From: Camelus ferus
Lineage: Eukaryota
DNA length: 64,000 nt
NCBI RefSeq assembly: GCF_009834535.1
Contig: NC_045697.1
Coordinates: 6,202,001 to 6,266,000, forward strand
Reading direction: 5' to 3'
Every line of letters starts with the position of its first letter. Position 1 is the stretch's first letter. Position numbers and translations under genes: made by a program. Below are positions 1 to 10,841 of this stretch, piece by piece. The notes under the pieces were generated by a model that had not been told where the DNA came from, did not search any database, and saw only the letters and a list, made by a program, of their open reading frames with translations.

Positions 1-429
1 CACATGAGGGGCAACCCCTGCCTCGGCCCTCGCCAGGCTGAGGTCGGAAGGGAGGGAATGGGGGAAAGCAGAGGGGCCCTGGACCGGTCTTAGCCGGTCA
101 CCTGTTGCCTCCACCGGGAGGGGCGGCCGCCACTTTAAAGGAGCGCTGAGGACCGCGCGACTTCCTGGTCCGCGGTCCCCACCAGGCCGTTCAGGGATGC
201 GGGGGCTCCGCCGGGCCCGGACTGCATCGCCAACTTTGGGGCGCCCCTCCGGCCGGGGATCTCCGCCCAGAGCTCCCGAGGGCGGCGGGGCGCTCACCGG
301 CCGGCGCCGGCACCCCTCCCCCGCGCTCGGGGACCCCGCTGGGCCGCCCGCGCCCCGCGCCCGGCCGATGGCCGAGGGGGCAGTGCTGGGCGAGCGCCCA
401 CCCCGGGGGCACCGGGCCGCGGCACTTAC
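1..429 (-). other. WDR1: WDR1 intron 1 (partial)
   Basis: Begins at the GTAAGT donor (429-424) and runs off the left window edge. Confidence 0.85.
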
Positions 430-445
430 TGATCTCGTACGGCAT
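430..445 (-). CDS. WDR1: WDR1 (WD repeat-containing protein 1 / AIP1), first coding exon (16 nt, MPYEI + 1 nt)
   Basis: Minus strand reads gcaaggATGCCGTACGAGATCA|gtaagt. MPYEI matches the known WDR1 N-terminus (MPYEIKKVF...), followed by a consensus GTAAGT donor at 429-424, inside a CpG island. Exon 2 (KKVFASLPQ...) is not in 1-429, so it lies left of the window. Confidence 0.92.
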
Positions 446-670
446 CCTTGCCCACTTGTTACCGCGCTGCGCTCGCCGAGAGCCTCCGGGGCCGCGCGCG
501 CCGCGAATCAGACCTGGCCGAGGCCGAGCCGGGGACAGGGGCCGAAAGGCGGCGCCGGGCGTGCCGGACGCGGAGGGGGCGGTCCGAGGCCGGGTCTCCG
601 AGGCCGGCTCGCGCCCTGCCCTGCGCGCTGCCGCTGCGGACGCGCCGAACCCGGAAGCGCGGCCCCGCGC
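446..670 (-). other. WDR1: WDR1 GC-rich 5' UTR; TSS approximate
   Basis: ATG-free GC-rich stretch between the start codon and a TATA-like element at 695-700. TSS inferred ~25-30 nt downstream of that element. Confidence 0.6.
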
Positions 671-687
671 GCGGCTCGCCCCCAGCT

Positions 688-705
688 TTGACCATATATA
701 GTCAA
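688..705. promoter_or_regulatory. CArG-like SRF site overlapping a TATA-like box, in a near-perfect palindrome
   Basis: TTGACCATATATAGTCAA. CCATATATAG (692-701) is one mismatch from CC(A/T)6GG; TATATA at 695-700. Confidence 0.7.
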
Positions 706-810
706 GCACTCAGCTCGGCGGCTGCGGCCCCGGTGAGCCTGCGCGGACCTGGTCGCGCCCCTCCCCCGCGCCCCACCCCCCCGCGGGGCCCCGCCCAGAA
801 CGCCCCGCCT

Positions 811-822
811 CCGGAAGTGACG
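811..822 (+). promoter_or_regulatory. ETS/CRE-half composite motif
   Basis: CCGGAAGTGACG: a perfect GABPA/ELK-type site overlapping the TGACG CRE half-site. Confidence 0.65.
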
Positions 823-1719
823 CCACACACGGCCCTGTGAAAAAGGCGGCGCGGGGAGCTCTTCGCGTTAGAATGATCCAGGGAGCCGGTGGGTGAGGCT
901 GGGTGGGTTCTCAGGGACTGGATGGGTGGGCTGCCGAAGGATGTTTTTTGCTGAAATTTTGGGGCCGCTGAAGGCAGCAGCGTTCTTTTTCATGCCTGTG
1001 TTTTCGTAGTGGGCGTTCCCGGGCTGCCAGCCTTGGCCAAGCTGGGCGCCTGCTGTTTGCAGAAGCTGTGAGGCGCCCGTTGGGTTTTGCAAACATAGGG
1101 GAGTGCTTTTACTTGCTCTTTTTTGAAGTGTGACTAATTGGGAATTACCCTTCCTCGAAAAAAGCTGCTGGCAGCAGGAACTTTTACGGGCCTCGGTCGA
1201 CCCCAGCTCTCTCAAAACTTCCTTTTAGAAAGCTGAGAAGCCAAGAAGAGCAAAGGGGGTGGGGGGAGTGGAGGTTCTAAGAAAACTAGGGCTCGCTTCC
1301 TAACGAGGAAAGCAGAAGGAAAAGGGAACTTCTCTTGTAAGATAAAGGCAGCTGCTCGTTGCAAGGGGAAAGCTAGGGCTCTGAGTGTTAGCTGGAACCT
1401 CACCTTTCTGCGGGGGTGCTGTCTTTCCCTCTGGGGTGGGGAGGGGGAAAGGGGGAATATAGGAATGTACAAAGCACCTGAAGCCCAAACTAGAAAACCG
1501 TGGAGTGACCCTTGACTTTAAATCTCTAGCCTTCTGGGAAAGTTTCTTGGCTCTATTTTCAAACGCACCTCTTGCGTCCTTAGCCTAGAAAAACTGCAGG
1601 TCCCTGAAGATGCACCTGGGTTAACACGGGTGTTTCCTGTCTGGTCTGGCTCATGCACCTACCCTCCGCCACCTTCACCTAGATCTGCTCTCCAGATTGC
1701 ACCCTGTTCTTTTTAAGTC

Positions 1720-2135
1720 GAAAAGCAAATCTTTTCCTCAGCTTAAAACCTACAGGAACCCCAAGTCTCAAAGTCCAAGTTAAAGTCAGTAAGATGGCCC
1801 GCTGGGCCCTGTGTGATGGGTCTCAGGGTTACGTGAGGCTCCGTCTTACCCTCCTCTGCCTTCAGCTGTGCTTGCTCGCTTGCTTTCCGCAGCACACTGG
1901 CTTCCCTGGTGCTCTAGGAATTCCCCCGGCTTGCTCTTGCTCCCAAGGCCTCTGACATCTCTTCACTGCCTCCAAGTACTCTTCAAAAGTACTTCTGGGC
2001 TCGTCACTTCTTTAATGAAAGTCACGTACCCTGAGCACCTTGTTTTGAAACACAGCCTCCTAGCCCTTTCCTGATACTGCAGCTTTTCTGTTTTTGTCTG
2101 GAGTGTGTCCCTGGCACGTGGTAAATGCTGGAATG
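1720..2135 (+). mobile_element. L2 LINE 3' fragment
   Basis: L2-like text (cagcttaaaacc...cacactggcttccc...cccaaggcctc...ccctggcacgtggtaaatgc). Confidence 0.55.
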
Positions 2136-2829
2136 GGTGACCCCGTGCCCTACGTGCACTCCCCCATCAAGCAATGAATGTAGTTCTGTGAACTCTAAGG
2201 GACCCTCGAAATGTTAAGTCTTTGTACATAAGGGTGAAATTTCTAAAGCAGAAATGCAAAACAAGCTATCTACAAGTGGTGGCTGTAATTCTGAGAAACC
2301 AGGATTTGGTTATTGACCTTAATGGGACTGGGATTAGATGCAGGTGTGACAATTTAAGTTCACCCCTAAGGCGTTTATGTAATGGAGGGACCAACACGCT
2401 TTTGCAAGCTAATAACCCTCATGTGTGTGCCTGAAGCCTTAGACTCACGGGAGACTAAAGTTACTTACAACTAAGTCCCAAACCCCTGGCAGAGTGCTAG
2501 GCTCTGGCTCTTTAGGAGGAAGTTATGTTGGTTTGGGGGTGGGGACGCTGCTGTTTGCTCTAAAAATCATAAGCACGTCTACAGACAAGTGACTTGGCAG
2601 GAAGTTGTGGGGGTTGGAAGGAGAGGGATGTGGGGGGGTCCTTCCCTGGGTTGTCTCGGGGTGGTCCCAGCCGTAAGGGCTCAGTAATGCTTGAGTGGTA
2701 TCAGCTGTGGCTAGCGTGTTTCCAGCTCCTCGGGTTCTCCTACTCCCCACCCACGCCTTTGTTTGTACAACCGCCTAACATGTGCTCCCCCCGTCTACGT
2801 TGGGGACCCTGAAACGACTGTTCCCCAGT

Positions 2830-3415
2830 GAACTCTAATGTGTGTCAGCCCAGCCACTTCTGAGCCCCTTACATCTGTAACTGCCTCCTGGCACCTCTGG
2901 AATGTCCCAGAGATGCCCATTGAGACCACCCAAAGCCCGACTGAGACCACTTTCTTTCCTCCCCTCTGTAAGATTGCTCCTCTGGGATGTCCTTCCTACA
3001 GTGACCCCATTTCTCTAGTTGCCAGAAACCTCACTCACCCATCCTCGCCCACATTCAATCCTTCAAATTTAGTCTCTTTGAATGCCCACATCTCTGGAAT
3101 GTCACTGTCCCACACCCTGGGCCTCTATCAAGGTAGAGCCCAACATCCTCCCCAGGCCTGTAAGGCCCGGGGGCACCCAGACCGAGCCTGGCTCTCAAGC
3201 TGCTGTTTCCCTGGGTCTTTCTGCTTGGGCCACTAAGGATGCCACCAGGGCCTTCAAGCTCTGTCTCTCTGCCGTGCCTGCCTTGGGGCTTCTGTACCTG
3301 TTTCCTGGCCCTCCCTGACACCCCAGTTCAAGGCCAGTCCATTCAACTGAATTCGGACACTAAATTTAGGCAGTACTTAACCTAGCAGGCATACCATCAA
3401 GTGTTAATTCAATTT
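2830..3415 (+). mobile_element. L2 LINE fragment
   Basis: L2-like text (aactgcctcctggcacctctggaatgtcccag...tctagttgccagaaacct...cagggccttcaagct). Confidence 0.55.
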
Positions 3416-4344
3416 GCCAACCCTGCTCCATTGTAAACATCACAACAGGGACCATGTTTTTCCAATGCTTAGTGAAGGGCCCACCAGACAAGTGCTGGCC
3501 TGCATCCCAGAGGGAATGAGTATCACCTGAATTTGCGCTGAATTCCAAATTGTGTAAAATAGTGTCTCTTTAAAACACTTCTTGGGGCAACTCCTTAAAT
3601 CTTGAGGAAAATTCCTGGGCTGGTTTTGGGTAAACTGGTTGCAGCTAGTGAATTGGGTAACTCGGAGGAAATCTTCAGAATCCCTCTAGGTGTGTGTGTT
3701 TCAGAAGCCTTCACCTCTCGGTTCTGCCAAGTGCTCGTAGTAAGAGGGAGGCCTCAAGACGTGCAGCTCTGTGGGAATCCACCTCACCCCAAGCGTGCGT
3801 AGCCTCAGCCCTTGTTTTCTCTTCCATAAACTGGGGACGTAGCCAGGAGACGTGTGAGGCTGCTGTCTCAGCACCTTTGGGGAGGACAGAAAGAAGTGAT
3901 GGGGCAGGTGTTCTGAACTTCCTACTTGCTCACTTTCAACCCTTGTGCTCTCAAGTCCAGGCTCCAGAAAGGGGTCTCTCCTATTTGAGTGCATCAGGCC
4001 CCTGCAAAAGTGCTCTGTGCCAGGTGCTGGCATGAGCAACAGGGAACGCGGTGGACGCTGCTCCCTCCAGGAGCTCAGGCTTGGATGAGCTCGCCTCCTG
4101 GGAAGGAATGCCTGGATGTCCTGTACAGTGGAGGGACCTCCCATCACTGACCCTGCCCCCTCAGAATCTTGTCTTTCTTGGGTCCTCTGAGGCTTGTAAA
4201 CAGGCTCAGGGTAAGCCACACCTAAGAAGCATCTCTAAAGTGTCCAAAGAAATTGCCTCTCCAGCTCTCCTAGCTCAAGCTAGCCTTACTGCCCTCACCT
4301 CCAGTCTGAGCAGACCCTCACTTCCAAATTCCCAGAAAATCTAG

Positions 4345-5035
4345 CGTAGGCGGGATCAAGGGTCCCTCTCCCAAATCAGTTTCATTTGCCTGATGGGCAC
4401 AGCAAGCTAAAAGCTGAGACACTGAGGTTTGCCGCAGAGAAAAGGCATATTCATGAGGCAGCTAGCAAGACAGGAGAGCAAACCTCAGATCTGAGTTCTG
4501 GAAGGCAAGGGGCTTGGGATATTGATGGGTGAAGATTTGGAGGTGCAGGGGAAGGTGCTAATGTTGCTGGTGACTAGGTTCTTGTCCCATCGCAGAAAGA
4601 ATTCAGAGACCAGACTCGGAGGTTAAGAAAGTAAAGTGGGAATTTATAAAGGGATGGATGGTACACTCCCAAGGGGAGAGTGGGCAGGCTCAGGTGAGCA
4701 GCTGCCCCGAGTTTCTTTGGCAAGTCAGTTACTTAGGGTGTAAAAATGAATGGGCAGAATATTCATTAGGGAGGGAAGGATTTGGGGCCCTGCTTATGTG
4801 TAGGGTTTCCTTCATTCGGCCCGTGCCCCTCCTTTTTGACCAATTCCTGCCTTTGGCCTGCATCCCCCTTTCTCTGCTCATGTCGAGCTATCTGCCTGCT
4901 GTAACACTGGGAGTCAGGGAAAGGTGAGGTAATCACTGCTCTGCGCACATATCTGAGTTCGACTTCATGGGACGCGTGTTTAGAAAACGCCAGCTTTAGC
5001 ATGATCCGAGGATGGAAGTTTTTGGCCTCCCAAGT
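4345..5035 (-). mobile_element. ERV1-class LTR (partial), interrupted by a second LTR
   Basis: gctgagacactgaggtttgccgcagagaaaagg...gggaaaggtgaggtaatc...agcatgatccgaggatggaagtttttggcc. Related to the copy at ~13.6-14.2 kb. Confidence 0.6.
4562..4906 (-). mobile_element. ERV1-class solo LTR nested in the LTR above
   Basis: TG...CA termini (tgttgctgg...tgtaaca) and a typical 'aaagaattcagagacc' U5 segment. Host LTR resumes at 4907. TSD unclear (ctaa/ctgg). Confidence 0.6.
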
Positions 5036-5651
5036 CTGTCTTCACTCCAGTCTGGTCAGCACTTCGGTCATCCTCGGCCGCTGCAGACACGGAAATTCTC
5101 CATCTCCGTGCACTGAAGCGCAGGGTCTATCCAAGCCCCAATTCTGTGGAGCTGGCTTGAGCTCCGCATCCAAATAACTGAGGATCTCTAGGTGCCACAG
5201 CTTTCGAGAAATCCATCCTGGCTTCTGACAACACCTGCTCCAGACCAGTGCGCCTGACTCCCTGGGGCATCACTGCTGGCACTTCCAAGCCCTCTCCCCG
5301 CTACACTGGTCTTCTCGCTAGTCCTCAGATGTGAAGAGGCCAAGCTCCTTTACCCAAAGCGCAGGAAACAGGAAGCAGAGTTTTTAACCTGGAGAACTCT
5401 TGCTTTTTCATGTCTATGGGAGAGGGACCTGGATGAGCTGGAGAGTTTCTCTGTCCTCAGGTCAGGGAGGAGCGATCTAACCAGTAGATCAGTCTAGGGA
5501 ACTGGCCAGCCGTAGTCTGACCCTTGGGTTCTGCCTGCATGCTGAGAACAGGTGTTCTCTGCCCCCTTCAGATGGTCAGGTAGTTCCACGTGGATGTTCC
5601 CATCCCTAGAGCAAGGGGTGTGCTGTCCAGGTCTGCGCGGGGCTGGGAAGG

Positions 5652-6074
5652 TGGGCTGGTGTGCTGGGCTGCTGTAACAGGGTACCACAAGCTGAATTAC
5701 TTAAACAGTTCTCGAGTCTGGGAGGCTGAAGTCTGAGATCAAGGCAGTGGGACGGAGTTGATTCCTTCTGAAGGGTGTGAGGGAGAATCCGCTCCTGCCC
5801 CTCTCCCAGCTTCCGGGGGCTTCCTGGCCATCACTGGCTTGTGGAAGCATCGCTCTGATCTCTGCCTTCATGTTTGCATGGCGTTTCCCTGAGTGTCTGT
5901 ACCAACTTCTTCCTGAAGGACACCATTTATACTAGATGAAGGTGCACTTGATTCCAGTATGACCTCATGCTGACTGACTGCAGCTGCAATAGCCCTATTT
6001 CCAAATCATCTTATCCTAAGGTACTGTGGTTAGGACCCGAGTGTGACTGGGGTCGCCCAGGTCAACCCCTAACA
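5652..6074 (-). mobile_element. MaLR LTR (MLT1-like)
   Basis: gggctgctgtaaca...gaagtctgagatcaagg...gagggagaatcc...caacccctaaca is the antisense MLT1 pattern. Confidence 0.8.
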
Positions 6075-9000
6075 GCAGGTGAGACTGGGCCTGCCCATCT
6101 GTCATCCTCCTTCCCAAGCCCAGAGCCCTAATCCCTGGCCACTGAGCCCTCTTGGAGGGAAAGGACACACAATGTTGGAGTTGCAGGGGCCACTGACAGT
6201 GAAGGTAGCATTTACTCTATAGGTTTACCACCCATTCTGGAATACTCGACCTTGGGGCAAACCCCCAACCAGGGTACCGACTGAGGCCAGGTGCCCTACC
6301 AAGGTGTCCTCAAAGACGTGATTACAAAGGTTACTCCCCAGCCCACTCCCAGGTCTGACTTCCGTTTGAAAATTCTCAAATACAGCTTAGAACGAATAGC
6401 AGCCTTTAAAACAGCCAGTGGAACATTTGTCATATCTGGGGCTGCACAGTGTCTTGTGCTGCCTGTGGGGTTGTGGGCTCAGTTCCTCAGCCTGGCGGGC
6501 GTGGCTGTGAAGCTCTTCCATGTCCATGTGCAGGTGGAGGGTGGCGGGGGCCACAGACGGCTCTGCCTCAGCGCCCCCAGCTTGGGTCTGGGCCTGGGGA
6601 AGGCCCAGGCCCCTTGTCCCTGGTTGGGGAGGGGAGCTCAAGTCCCTACCAATGGCGCTGTTGGGATTGGATAGTAAGACCTCTGTATGCAGACAACTTG
6701 AACCCTGTTGCGAGGTTGTCAAGTCAATAGATCCAGAGGGATTGCAGAAAGTGAGGCTGGAGAGAAGTCAGACTCTGAGGTCAAAGTTAATGGACCAGGT
6801 AGCACCACTAATGTACATCTGGGAGGGGTTGGCATCTGGTTTCAATTTCGAACGAGGCTTGCTGTCTCCTCCAGGCATGTCTGTCCCATTGAAGCCCCAT
6901 GTATCTTTGGGCTGTGGTTCTTAAGAGGTTGGTGCATTTGTGTCCCTATAAGATTGCCAAAATTGAAGGATGCTGTGATGTGCACAATGGAGATCTACAG
7001 ATACGTGGGGAAGAGCATGGGTCCTTGAGAAACTTAACCCCGTGGGATGGAGACACAGGTCAGGCAGCGTGACTGCTGCACACCCAGCATCTGCCTGGCA
7101 TGTTGTGGGTGTTGAAGAGAATGATTCTCAATGACTGCACCACTGGAAACCAACAGGAAGAGGTCACTTAACTCCAAAAGGGGTGGAATCAAGGGAAATA
7201 CTCACAATGTTGTTCCTGATAACATCTAAAACTTGGGAAGTTGTGAGCACTTCATCCCAGGCCGGGCCACTGTGTAGGTGGCCATTGGGTGATGCCACTT
7301 TTCTGCGTCACGATAATTCAGTACTGGTTCACAAAAGGAACCAATTCTCTCTATGGCTATTTCAACCCTCCCTTGGGTTCCCCACCACGCACTATGTAGT
7401 ATCAAAATACTAGAGTATCGTCCTTGACCATGGGTGGTATTAAGCCAACATATCTGGATGTTTCAAAAAACAAAATGTGGACTATGTCAATTCATAGAAT
7501 CATGCTTAGTTGAAAGATACATGAGTCCACTGCTTTAATGATGTGCATCGAGGTTAGACATACAGAGAATACTCCTGGGCCTGGTGCACACTAGGTTTTC
7601 TATCTTTATAAAACTTGAGTGCATTGTAGGAAAGAAACATAGTCCTGCTCAGACACAGTTGTTAGAAATGCATAACTTGGAGAATAGAAGCATCTTGTGT
7701 GTCACGGAGCTGGAGGTGTTACAGAAATGTGGGCATGAGGTCCCTCACTTTCCTAAGGGGTTGAGGAACACCACCTAGGAGAAGTGACCTTACAAGTTGA
7801 AACCTGAAGGATCAGTGAAGCTGGGGGTGGGGGCTGTGATGATGGGGGCAGGGAATAGATACACTGAGAAGTGCAGGCAGTGGGGTGTGGGGGTGAGGAG
7901 AGGAGCCCAGTGATGCCTGATTTCTGGCTTGGACAACGAGGTGGTAGGTGACTCAGTCACTTAAAAGCAAAGCCACCAAGCAGATGACTTAACTACATGC
8001 TTTGCAAGTGAAAACTTAGGCTCCCAGGGGCCCTGCCGTCCTGCAAAGGAGTAGGACAGCTTGGGAGTAGCCTGGTGTCTTTTGTTGGTTGGTAGTGCTT
8101 GAAACTAACTTTTCTAAAAAAAACACTGCGTGTAAAACATGTTGTGACATTCCTCAAGAGTTGCGGTTCGGATCATAACTTTCATGGAGTCGGGAGTCAT
8201 GCAGCTGAATCTCCCGTGACTGAAAGGATATAAGTTCCTCAGGTCAGTGGAGGAGTCCCAGCTATGGGTGGGGGGGATGCACCTGTGGGTCCAGCATCAT
8301 AGCACTAATAGATTGACTTTCCAGGGTGATAGCATCAGTTGGGTGCACTGCACTGGGCTGTGGTCTCCTAGCAGCTAGAAGAACCAGTCCTTGAGTGTCC
8401 TGAGGTGGCCCTGGCACATGGTTCTGAGAATAAATGAGGACCTTCTGCCTTGCATTGTCCCCACTTGATACAAGTATCAGAACTTAGAAAGCACAGCTGT
8501 CTCTCTAACATCTCAACCTGGACTGAAAGAACTCTTACCCCTAACAGAGGATGTGGCATCCCAGAGTTAGTTCCCATAAATCAGTGCTCCAGCTGATTAG
8601 GTAGCAAATCAGCCAGCTCCCTCTGCGGCTGGCTTGTTAATGATGACGAACTAAGTTATGCTGTGTGTGAAGGGAACTGGCTGAGCTAATAGTGCTGGGA
8701 CAGTATGTGAGGAACTTTAGTGTCACTAACTTAGCTCCAGACTTAAGGGGGGACGGGTATTTGGGCTGTAAAAATACTTTCATTCCCATGGCAAATCAGG
8801 TGACTAACATGACCAAACTTACTTAGACATGAGAGCAAGGAAGACTCTTAATAAAATAGCAATTCTGACTAATCAGCAGCTGCTCAAGTCATTTGTGCAC
8901 ATTAACTCGTTTAGGTAGATTTGGTTTTGTTACTAGGTGTCTATATTCAATTCCAGGCTAGCTCAAAATCGAGATACCCAGCCTTGAATCTGGCCCTGCG

Positions 9001-10810
9001 GATAGGAAGCTAAACTGGAGATGTGTGCTTTATCAGATGGAGCAAAAGAAACGGGATCTCGGCCTCGGATGTCCTGTGACACAGGGTGGTTGTCTTCCTT
9101 CCTTGCCAACTGTCTATCCAACTTACAAAGTATAGGTAGTAGAATAGGTATAGGTAGTAGAATAGTGTGTTGAGACTTAGAGGAGATAGTAGATAGAGGC
9201 GCTTTGTAAACTGTCAAACTGCTCCCCAGGAAAGGAGCAAAATCAACACTGTGCATCTATCAAATTTTTAATACGTTCCAGCCGCTGTGCTGTGTGCCAG
9301 GCTATCTCAGCTATGAGTCCGATTCTGCCAGGCCGTGAGGACTCCCAGAGTCTAATTGTGGGGATGGGCTGTGCTCTGGCAAGGACTTGATTGTGTAAAT
9401 GAGACTGAACTACCCCGGGGGGGAGGCAGGTGGTCAATGACCAATGGAAGAACCTGAGTGAGTTCAGATGAGGGAGGGTTGCTGCCTACCTCCTGTGACC
9501 TGTAAAGACTTTTGGGAGGAAATGGCTTTGGAGGGACAGCACCACTTTAGGAGTTAAGGTATGCAAATAGGGGAAACCTCACCAGCCGACTGGTGAGGGC
9601 CTGTCGCTGTCTTCCAGGCCCTGGCTTCGGCTCTAGCTTTCCTCCTGTTGGACCTCTGGCTGCCCGCAGTCCTACAGGTGCCCTGTTCCTTCTGTGGGTT
9701 CACCCAGTCAGTGCTCCCCATACTTGGAGTGGCGCATTGGTACCCAAATCCAGCCCTTATCCCCGTGCCCTTGAGGTTTCTGGAAAGCAGTGCACGTCAG
9801 GAACTAGTAACGCAAAGGTGAACCCCTTTCTGTAATGGTGAAGCTCAGTGGGGAGGCCTCAGCCCAGACTCCAGGCTGGTACGGCATCTAACTTCCCACC
9901 AGGTGCAGTCGTTTCAACGAGGAAGAATGAGCTTCCTTGTGTGCCTGCGAGGAGCTGCTGGTGTCCTCTGCTCTGCCTTCATTTCTTGGTGTAGTGTGGG
10001 CTGGCCACTCAGGACCGCCCTGCGCCCGTGGTGGCTGAAGTTAGCATCCAGTATGGCTACAAGGGGCCTTCACCCGCGTGGGCGAGTGGGCTCAGAACAG
10101 CTGGTGTGTCGCACGTGGCTTTGGCTGGAGTCCTCAGGCACCAGGCTCTAGCTAGCTGGGTTGAAAAAGAAAGGGGTTCGTCCTATGCATTGAGGCACCC
10201 TTGTCTGCACCCTCAGTCTCAGCAGAGCTCAGGATCTGAGCAGTTTGCTTGCTGGGCGCTAGTGAGGCTTGAGGGTAGGAGGGGACACTGGGACACTGGC
10301 ACCGGAGCTTGGGGCCTGGAGAGGAGCCCGGCGTGGCTGTCTGTACTGAACGAGTCTCTGATGCTTTTGGTTGGCCCCCTGTTGTTGGCCGTGCTCAGTG
10401 GGAAAACTTGGACTTAGCAAGATGATGTGTCTTGCAGCAGGAGCGTGGCAGAGTGGGCCCTTTAGAGGTTGACCCTCAGTGAAACAGACCCCCAAGCTTA
10501 GAAGTCACCCAGAAAAACCTGCTCAGGGACGCATTGCCGGCCAACTTTCCGATCAGGAGCATAGAGGACTCCACACTTAAATCTTGGCCTCTGTGGCCCA
10601 GGATTTCTGACTGTTGTCCCTTGTCCTAAGTGGCTGGAGAACTGACTCAGTTGTCCCAGGACCCAGTTGTTTGAAATAAACTGTCAATCTCAGAGTGGCA
10701 GCTGTTTGTCCCCTGCATGTACCAGGCTTCTCCCGACCCTGCCTGTCACATGGGGGCTGCTAAGCTGGTGATAAGAGCCAACAGACTGCTGGGAGCCTGG
10801 CTATGGAATT

Positions 10811-10841
10811 AACAAACAAACAACAAACAAACAAACAAACA
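10811..10841. repeat. (AAAC)n microsatellite
   Basis: aacaaacaaacaacaaacaaacaaacaaaca. Confidence 0.9.

Larger units (their letters stand above)
1..1200. promoter_or_regulatory. CpG island / WDR1 promoter
   Basis: Very high GC and dense CpG to ~870, tapering to ~1200. GC boxes at ~789-796 and ~803-809; ETS cores CCGGAAG at 651 and 811. Confidence 0.92.

Noticed and set aside
191..840. Overlapping 80-170 aa Arg/Gly/Pro/Ala-rich ORFs on both strands
   Set aside because: Expected artefact of a stop-poor CpG island. Only the MPYEI segment (430-445) matches a known protein, and it ends at a splice donor.
8640..8690. ATGATGA followed by CTGA
   Set aside because: Spacing too short for a C/D snoRNA and no terminal stem; likely chance.
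9130..9165. Perfect 2 x 18-bp tandem repeat GTATAGGTAGTAGAATAG
   Set aside because: Simple slippage duplication with no spacer; not CRISPR-like and no sign of function.
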